From assembly GCA_965140785.1 (NCBI GenBank), contig OZ223518.1, positions 1 to 64,000 on the forward strand: a stretch of DNA of 64,000 nucleotides, given 5' to 3'. Under the pieces are notes generated by a model. It saw nothing but the letters and a program-made list of their open reading frames with translations. It was not told the DNA's origin and searched no databases. This DNA is from an uncultured Ruficoccus sp. GTDB lineage: Bacteria; Verrucomicrobiota; Verrucomicrobiia; Opitutales; Cerasicoccaceae. The position numbers and the translations under genes were made by a program. This document shows, piece by piece, positions 57,577-64,000 of this stretch (position 1 is the stretch's first letter; each line of letters starts with the position of its first letter).

Positions 57577-57951
57577 ATGTCTGTAACCATCGCCTCCTCT
57601 ATGCCAACCGCTGAAGCTGATGAAGAACCGGGCCGAACGGGCCTTCTCGACCGGCTCCGGCCCTGGGTACGCCTGGCCATCCGGCACGTCAACTGGGAGG
57701 AGGGCGAAGAGCTCCGCTCCCGTAAGATCCTGGTCCGGGCCCGTCCCGGTGTGGAGCTCGAACTGCTGAGCGAGGATCACGAGCGGTCCCGGTTTCACGC
57801 CAGTCTGAGCAGGCTGAACGAGCGCGGCTATTATCAGCTGAAAATCTGGCCCCGCACGACGCGTGATTATTGCGAGGATGACATCCAACTGCTGGCCACA
57901 CACCCCTCGGGGCGGGAAAAAATGTACACGATCCGCGCCTTGGTGGATTGA
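57577..57951 (+). CDS. Hypothetical protein
   Basis: Clean ORF with GC-rich third positions; start uncertain. Confidence 0.5.
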   Translation: MSVTIASSMPTAEADEEPGRTGLLDRLRPWVRLAIRHVNWEEGEELRSRKILVRARPGVELELLSEDHERSRFHASLSRLNERGYYQLKIWPRTTRDYCEDDIQLLATHPSGREKMYTIRALVD

Positions 57952-58110
57952 GGGGGCGTTTTCGCGAGTCCTAGTTGTCTGGCTGCCCCTCAGAGGGGCG
58001 GCTGACTGTATGGGACTGCCCTTGGAGGAGATCGGTTACGAACTTTCCTCTCCGTGCCGGTAAAACCGTCTGCGGCTTGACCTGCGAACGTGAGCCGCTT
58101 TGCTGTCTTT

Positions 58111-58779
58111 ATGAGGATGCCGATTCTTTTTGCGCTGGCTGGCGCGTTCGCGGCGGGAAGCAGCCTGCCCCTGTATGGCGGGCTGGAGTGGGAGCGTACC
58201 GAGTTTACCGCGCCTGCGGTCTTCGGCCAGGCTTCGCTGGAGGCGACGTACCCCTTTAAAAACACCGGGACCGAGCCGGTGCGTATCCTCAAGGTGAAAA
58301 CTTCCTGCGGCTGTACCTACGCCGCCGCCAGCCAGGAGGTGATCGCTCCGGGTGAATCGGCGGAGGTAGCCGCGTTCTTCGAGACCGAATCACGGGAGGG
58401 CCCGCAGTCCTCGACCATTACGGTCCTCACCGATGAGCCGGACGAGTCGGCGACGACTCTGCGCTTCCGTTCGGATATTCCTGCGGCGGCCGAGCTGCCG
58501 ACCCGTGTGGTCCGCTGGAAAGCCGCCGATCCGCGCGAGGCCAGGACATTTGCCATCACCGTCCAGCCCGGCGTGAGCCTGCAACTGCTTCCGCCCAAAC
58601 GCCCGCTGCCGGTGGAGGTGAAGCTGGAGAAAAATCAAGCGACCGACGGCAAGCCCGGCTACACCCTCACCCTGGCCCCGCTCGACGGCGATAGCGGCGC
58701 GGGGATTCTACCGCTGGAGGCCCACTGGGCCGGTGAAGGCAAGCGCCTCTATAATCTTTACGTCCGAGTGGACAAATAG
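58111..58779 (+). CDS. DUF1573 domain-containing secreted protein
   Basis: FKNTG..P..I..V.TSCGCT, I.PGES; signal peptide. Confidence 0.85.
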   Translation: MRMPILFALAGAFAAGSSLPLYGGLEWERTEFTAPAVFGQASLEATYPFKNTGTEPVRILKVKTSCGCTYAAASQEVIAPGESAEVAAFFETESREGPQSSTITVLTDEPDESATTLRFRSDIPAAAELPTRVVRWKAADPREARTFAITVQPGVSLQLLPPKRPLPVEVKLEKNQATDGKPGYTLTLAPLDGDSGAGILPLEAHWAGEGKRLYNLYVRVDK

Positions 58780-58844
58780 AACACGGGGAAGGGACTGCTC
58801 TCCTCGTGTGGTGAATGCTAAGTTCCCAATATAATTGGCGGGTG

Positions 58845-58975
58845 CAGTTTGCATGTTTTGTCCCTCTGCGATTGAAGGGAACGGCTGAAGCCGTTCCCTT
58901 CAATCGCATACACGATGCCATCGGCATCGAACGTGCAGGCTTTGCCTGCCGCGGGTGCGGGCTGCGTAAGCCCGC
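58845..58975 (-). repeat. Four-hairpin structured element family B copy Y
   Basis: 20-bp perfect IR 58867-58908; hairpins 58913-58929, 58935-58949, 58957-58975; same architecture as 43532-43654. Confidence 0.85.
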
Positions 58976-59008
58976 AGAACATTCCGCCGAAGACTTTGAA
59001 GTCAGGCC

Positions 59009-59575
59009 CTAGATCAGGCCGAGCTCCATCTTGCCCTCTTCCGAGATCATGTCCTGATTCCACGGCGGGTCCCAGACGATATCCACCTGAGCCTCACTGA
59101 CGCCGGGGACGGACTCGACGCGGATGCGGGCATCCTCGGCGATGGCCGGTCCCATGCCGCAGCCGGGGGCGGTGAGGGTCATCTGGACGTTGACCTTGAA
59201 GCCGCCTTCCTCGCGCGGGTTGGAGTCGAGCGAGTACACCAGGCCGAGGTCCACGATGTTGACCGGGATCTCCGGGTCATAAACGGTCTTGAGCGCTTCC
59301 CACAGGGCGCCTTCGTCGGGCGGGCCGGAGTGGTCGGCGTCCGCAGCGGCAGGGGCGGTATCTTCGCTGTCGCCGCCGGGCTCGTCTTCACCGAGGGCGT
59401 CAGCGTCCTTGCCCAGGACACGGAACATCCCGTAGTCGCACACGATGGTAAAGTTGCCGCCGAGGCGGTGGGTGATGTCCACCTCCATGCCTTCGGGCAG
59501 GTTGATCTTGTCACCGGCAGGAATGACGGTGGCCTCGACTTCGCGGGTCAGGGTGCGGTGGTTGTCAGTAGGCAT
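59009..59575 (-). CDS. sufT: Fe-S cluster assembly protein SufT (DUF59)
   Basis: [37 protein letters not shown]. Confidence 0.92.
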   Translation of the reverse strand: MPTDNHRTLTREVEATVIPAGDKINLPEGMEVDITHRLGGNFTIVCDYGMFRVLGKDADALGEDEPGGDSEDTAPAAADADHSGPPDEGALWEALKTVYDPEIPVNIVDLGLVYSLDSNPREEGGFKVNVQMTLTAPGCGMGPAIAEDARIRVESVPGVSEAQVDIVWDPPWNQDMISEEGKMELGLI

Positions 59576-59580
59576 GGCTG

Positions 59581-60906
59581 TTATTCGGCGTGCTGAAATT
59601 TTGACTGAACGAGATTCCTCAGATTATCTTTCAGCTCCTCGTTGTCGATCTTTTCGATGATCTCCTCGAAGAAGCCGAACACGAGCAGCTCGTAGGCGGC
59701 TTGTTTCGGGATGCCGCGTGCTCGCAGGTAGTAGAGCTGTTCCGCGTCGATCTGGCCGGTGGTGGCTCCGTGGGAGCATTTAACGTCGTTGGCCTCGATC
59801 TCCAGCCCCGGCAGCGAGCAAGCCTCGGCGGTGGGGGAGAGGAGGAGGTTGCGGTTGGTCTGGTAGGCGTCGGTCTGCTGGCCGGTGGGCTCGACCAGGA
59901 TCATGCCGGAGAAGATCGTCCGGGCATTGTCGAGGAGCGCGTTTTTATAAAGCAGATCGCTGGTGGCGTGCTCGCCGACGTGGGTCTGGAGCGTGCGCTG
60001 GTCAAACTCCTGCTCGCCAGTGGCGACGGTGAGCGAGTACATCTTGACGTCCGCGCCGGCGCCTTCGACACGGGTCTGGTTTTCCAGGCGGGCGTAGAGA
60101 GCGCCGAGGTTGACCGCGATAGTCTTCACCTGCGCGTCGCGGTGGGCGATGTTCGCCTCGACCTGAAAGGACTGCGCGGCGGGGGCGAGGTTCTGCACGA
60201 CCTTGCGGAATACCTGCGAGCCGGGTCCGGCGTGAATGGTGCCGGTGGCGATGGACAGCGACGGCTCGGGGGGCATTTCCCGGGGCGAGCCGTAGTAGTC
60301 CACGAAGTCCACCTTGCCGTTATCCTCGGTCACGAGCAGGGTGTGCGGGAAAATGGCCTCCTCGGTGTCGCTACACCAGTAGTAGGCGAAGAACGGGTCC
60401 TTGATCTCGACGCCCTTGGGCACGTAGAGGAAGGCGCCGTCTTGGAAGAAGGCGTTGTGCAGCGCGAGCAGCTTGTCCGAGCCGAGCTTCTGGTCCTCGG
60501 CCAGGAAGTACTTGCGGACGAGCTCAGGGTGCTCGGTGAAGGCCTGGCTGAGCGGCATCCATACAACGCCCTGCTTGATCAGCTCCTCGGCGGCGGCGTC
60601 GAAGGCCACGAGCCGGTTATCCACGAAGACGAGGCGACCCGCGCTCTTAGAGGACAGGTCGGAGCGGGCGATGAGCTGTTCCTTCTGCTCGGGCGTGGTC
60701 TCGGTGGCCGGGCGGAAGGCGTCCAAGTCAATGTTTTTAATGCCGGAGAAGCGCCAGCGCTCGTCCTTGCGCGAGGGCATCGGCAGCGTGGTATAGGCGT
60801 CCCAGTTGCTGCGTTTGATCTCCTGCAGCCACGGCAGCTCGGCCCAGGCGGCCAAGTGCGCGTCGAAGGTGGCGGCGTCAAAAGCGGGTTTATCTAAGGT
60901 TGGCAT
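59581..60906 (-). CDS. sufD: Fe-S cluster assembly protein SufD
   Basis: [40 protein letters not shown]. Confidence 0.93.
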   Translation of the reverse strand: MPTLDKPAFDAATFDAHLAAWAELPWLQEIKRSNWDAYTTLPMPSRKDERWRFSGIKNIDLDAFRPATETTPEQKEQLIARSDLSSKSAGRLVFVDNRLVAFDAAAEELIKQGVVWMPLSQAFTEHPELVRKYFLAEDQKLGSDKLLALHNAFFQDGAFLYVPKGVEIKDPFFAYYWCSDTEEAIFPHTLLVTEDNGKVDFVDYYGSPREMPPEPSLSIATGTIHAGPGSQVFRKVVQNLAPAAQSFQVEANIAHRDAQVKTIAVNLGALYARLENQTRVEGAGADVKMYSLTVATGEQEFDQRTLQTHVGEHATSDLLYKNALLDNARTIFSGMILVEPTGQQTDAYQTNRNLLLSPTAEACSLPGLEIEANDVKCSHGATTGQIDAEQLYYLRARGIPKQAAYELLVFGFFEEIIEKIDNEELKDNLRNLVQSKFQHAE

Positions 60907-60943
60907 CTCTAACTGTTTAAGAATGTAAAATTGTCTTCGGGCT

Positions 60944-61678
60944 TTAGTTATAGCGTTGGGTAATGTCTTCGACGGCCTGGCTATAGGCTTTGGCTTTCAA
61001 CTCTGAGACTTGGTCGTCATGTTGTGAATGGCGCGTATAACTGGCGGTGTTGGTCTTGTCCTCGTAGGAAACTGGCGTGAGTAAATCCCAGTCGCCAGAA
61101 AGCGTATCGATGATGGCAATCTTCAGTCTGATTCTCATCTGCTGCTGCTCATCCGGCACGGCTCCACCGACGATGGGGATCCATGACACGGCCTTGGTTG
61201 CATAGGCGTCCTGCGTGATTTCGAGCTGACCCCAGTACACGATTATGTAGGGGGCACCACCTCTTGCAGCTGCCAGCCGGAGGGATTTGTCTAGCGGCGG
61301 GACTTCATTCTTGGAGTCAACACCCGTCCACGCTCGACTATTGCCGTTGTCAGGAACTCCGCTCAGCGGGATCACATCATAGGCATTCTTCAGCCCATTA
61401 AGCATGCCATTGTCCGGAAAGGCCGCTCCAGACTGAATCAACACGATGGTATCACCATGCTTCAGGCCGACCTCTCCGGAACCGTTTTTGAGGGCATTGG
61501 CGATTTCCTGCTCGGTTATCTCATTCCCGCTGGCGCTGATTCCCAGGACAGAGAGCTCATTGAGCTCACCTTGATAGCCCCTGTCATGGTGGTAGCCCGC
61601 GTCTGAGATCGAGCGGGTTTCGCAGCCTGCAAAAAGCAGGCATGCCGTTAGCGCCAGGATGGTGATGGTTGTTTTCAT
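60944..61678 (-). CDS. Hypothetical lipoprotein between sufB and sufD, less GC-biased
   Basis: LLFAG-C lipobox; more A/T at third positions than flanking suf genes. Confidence 0.75.
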   Translation of the reverse strand: MKTTITILALTACLLFAGCETRSISDAGYHHDRGYQGELNELSVLGISASGNEITEQEIANALKNGSGEVGLKHGDTIVLIQSGAAFPDNGMLNGLKNAYDVIPLSGVPDNGNSRAWTGVDSKNEVPPLDKSLRLAAARGGAPYIIVYWGQLEITQDAYATKAVSWIPIVGGAVPDEQQQMRIRLKIAIIDTLSGDWDLLTPVSYEDKTNTASYTRHSQHDDQVSELKAKAYSQAVEDITQRYN

Positions 61679-61718
61679 GCGATGGATAGTAGAGAATGAA
61701 TCGGTTGATGAGTCCGAC

Positions 61719-63131
61719 TTAGCCGACGGAGCCTTCCATCTCCAGGTCGATGAGTCGCTTGAGCTCGACGGAGTACTCCATGGGGAACTCGCGCACGAGG
61801 TCGTTGACGAAGCCGTTGACGGCCAGGCTCATGGCCTCGCCCTCGTTCATGCCGCGCTGCTGCATGTAGAAGATCTGCTCGGCGCTGACCTTGGAGACGC
61901 TGGCCTCGTGCTGGACGCTGTTGTGGTCGCCGCGCACGTTGATGGCCGGGTAGGTGTCGGTGCGGCTGTTGGTGTTGATGAGCAGCGCGTCGCACTCGGT
62001 GTTGTTTTTGCAGCCCTTGAGGTGCTTGGGGATCTGGACCAGTCCGCGGTAGCTGGAGCGGCCCTTGCCCACGCTGATGGACTTGGAAATAATATTGGAG
62101 GTGGTCTCGTCGGCGGCGTGGACCATCTTCGCGCCCGTGTCCTGGTGCTGGCCGTCGTTGGCCAGGGCGATGGAGAGGACCTCGCCGCGGGCCTTGCGGC
62201 CCTTGAGGACGACGCCGGGATATTTCATCGTCAGGCGCGAGCCGATGTTGCAGTCGATCCAGCGCACCTCGGCCTCTTCCATGGCCATGCCGCGCTTGGT
62301 CACGAGGTTGAAGACGTTGTTGGACCAGTTCTGCACGGTGATGTACTGGATCTTGGCGCCGGGCATGGCGATCAGCTCGACCACGGCCGAGTGCAGGGTG
62401 GCCGTGTCGAACTTCGGGGCGGTGCAGCCCTCCATGTAGGTCATTTCGCTGCCCTCATCGGCAATGATGAGCGTGCGCTCGAACTGGCCGAAGTTCTCCG
62501 CGTTGATGCGGAAGTAGGCCTGGAGCGGCTGGGCGACCTTCACGCCCGGGGGCACGTAGATGAAGCTGCCGCCCGAGAAGCACGCGCTGTTGAGCGCGGA
62601 GAATTTATTGTCCCCGCTGGGGATGACCTTGCCGAACCACTTTTTGAAAATCTCAGGGTACTCGTGCAGCCCCTCGTGCGGGCCGACGAAGATCACGCCC
62701 AGCTCGCCCAGCTCCTCCTTCATGCGGGAGTAAACGGCCTCGGAGTCGAACTGCGCCTCGACCCCGGCGAGGAACTTGCGCTCGCTCTCGGGGATGCCGA
62801 GGCGCTCGAAGGTCTGCTTGACGTCGTCGGGCACCTCGTCCCACGAGCGGCTGGCCTTCTGACCCTTGGCCAGGTAGTAGCGCACGTCGTCAAAGACGAT
62901 GTTCTCCAAGTCCTTGGAGGCCCAGTTCGTCGGCAGGGGCTTGTCCTGGAAAATCTTGAGGGCGCGTTTGCGGAACTCGCGCACCCAGTCGGCTTCGTTC
63001 TTGGCGTTGGAAATGTAGTCGATGGTGTCCTGGCGCAGGCCGATGCCGGCGTCAAAGGCGTAGTCTTCGGCAAAGGAAAAGTCACCTTTGCTGCGGTCGA
63101 TGTCCAGATCGGGTGTGGCAGTGTCGCTCAT
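61719..63131 (-). CDS. sufB: Fe-S cluster assembly protein SufB
   Basis: [53 protein letters not shown]. Confidence 0.97.
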   Translation of the reverse strand: MSDTATPDLDIDRSKGDFSFAEDYAFDAGIGLRQDTIDYISNAKNEADWVREFRKRALKIFQDKPLPTNWASKDLENIVFDDVRYYLAKGQKASRSWDEVPDDVKQTFERLGIPESERKFLAGVEAQFDSEAVYSRMKEELGELGVIFVGPHEGLHEYPEIFKKWFGKVIPSGDNKFSALNSACFSGGSFIYVPPGVKVAQPLQAYFRINAENFGQFERTLIIADEGSEMTYMEGCTAPKFDTATLHSAVVELIAMPGAKIQYITVQNWSNNVFNLVTKRGMAMEEAEVRWIDCNIGSRLTMKYPGVVLKGRKARGEVLSIALANDGQHQDTGAKMVHAADETTSNIISKSISVGKGRSSYRGLVQIPKHLKGCKNNTECDALLINTNSRTDTYPAINVRGDHNSVQHEASVSKVSAEQIFYMQQRGMNEGEAMSLAVNGFVNDLVREFPMEYSVELKRLIDLEMEGSVG

Positions 63132-63134
63132 AAT

Positions 63135-63173
63135 AAGTTTAAAAGTTTAAGGTTTGAAAGTTTGAGAGTTGAG
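63135..63173 (-). repeat. 8-bp tandem tract directly upstream of the sufB start
   Basis: aagtttaa aagtttaa ggtttgaa agtttgag agttga; similar to the reverse complement of 1161-1190. Confidence 0.55.
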
Positions 63174-63227
63174 GGAGTGGTCTGTTGCACGGCTGTATCC
63201 AAAATGTCGATACGCTATTGATTCTTC

Positions 63228-64000
63228 TTAACGGTCCAGCACGATGCGGTAGCGGGCCTGGCCGGAGCGCAGGTGCTCGAAGGCATCGTTGATCTTGTCC
63301 ATGGGGAAGTGTTCGGTCACAGGCGCGATCTGGTGGCGGGCGCAGAACTCCAGCATATCGCCGACGGTGGCGGGGCTGCCCATGGGGGAGCCACTGATGG
63401 AGAGCTGGCCACCGATCAACTGGAAGGGGACGAACTCGCTCTGCGGCGCGGCGCCGACGAAGTGGAGCTTGCCGCCGGGGCGCAGGGCCGAGAGGTACGC
63501 GCCCCACTCGAGCCCGACATTGACGGTGACGAGCACCATGTCGAGCGAGCCCTGGATCTTCTTGACCGCCTCGGGGTCGCGGGAGGTGACGAAGTGGTGC
63601 GCACCCATTTTGCGGGCTTCCTCCTCCTTGTCCGGGCTGGAGGAAAACGCCGTCACCTCGCAGCCCCAGGCGTTGGCGAACTGGAGGGCGAGGTGGCCGA
63701 GGCCCCCGATGCCGACCACGCCGATGCGCTGTGTCGGGCGGATTTCGTTGATGACAAAGGGATTGAACACCGTGATGCCACCGCAGAAAAGCGGGCCGGC
63801 CTTGGCCGCGTCGAGCGCGGCGGGCAGCGGGATGGCCCACTCGCTCTTGCACACCGCGTGGCTGCCGAAGGCACCGTGTCGGCCCACGATGGTCTGCTCC
63901 GCGCCGGAGCAGCGGTTGTGGTGGCCGCTCATGCACTCGCGACAGTGCATGCACGAGCCGGAGAACCAGCCCAGGCCTACACGCTGCCCAAGCTGCAGGT
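63228..64000 (-). CDS. Zn-dependent NAD(P)H alcohol/aldehyde dehydrogenase (Ahr/YjgB-like), 5' end outside window
   Basis: C..C..C structural Zn cysteines, GPLFCGGITVF, GIGGLGH, ARYRIVL. Confidence 0.88.
   Translation of the reverse strand, partial: LQLGQRVGLGWFSGSCMHCRECMSGHHNRCSGAEQTIVGRHGAFGSHAVCKSEWAIPLPAALDAAKAGPLFCGGITVFNPFVINEIRPTQRIGVVGIGGLGHLALQFANAWGCEVTAFSSSPDKEEEARKMGAHHFVTSRDPEAVKKIQGSLDMVLVTVNVGLEWGAYLSALRPGGKLHFVGAAPQSEFVPFQLIGGQLSISGSPMGSPATVGDMLEFCARHQIAPVTEHFPMDKINDAFEHLRSGQARYRIVLDR

Overview
High-GC bacterial chromosomal window. Gene content and order suggest Verrucomicrobiota/Opitutales; this is inference, not a database result. Most of it is housekeeping: ilvD, menH-like, a Y-family polymerase, U32, scpB, pheA, truB-ribF, lutABC, tex, tRNA-Val(GAC), recN, a system II cytochrome c maturation operon, ychF, EmrAB-type efflux, rpsP-trmD-rplS-rplI, clpP and sufB-sufD-sufT. 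I saw no integrase, transposase, CRISPR array or prophage. The most striking signal is non-coding. (A) Three ~160-bp rod-like hairpin elements share internal-loop motifs but have different, self-complementary termini; their mismatches become G-U pairs on the minus strand, and one copy sits between duplicated CTAG inside another repeat. (B) Two copies of a four-hairpin element show compensatory stem changes; one contains a perfect 42-bp palindrome. (C) Two MITE-like ~150-bp elements have an internal core flipped relative to their flanks. There are also GTAG-type REP-like hairpins and 7-11-bp tandem-repeat tracts. Other points: a heavily frameshifted pcm/FUSC block (possibly a sequencing artefact) whose adjoining HlyD gene runs into a 5'-truncated btuF-like gene; an AstE/AspA-family protein lacking its zinc ligands; orphan secreted-protein genes inside conserved operons; a candidate LexA box; and a degenerate fluoride-riboswitch-like motif.
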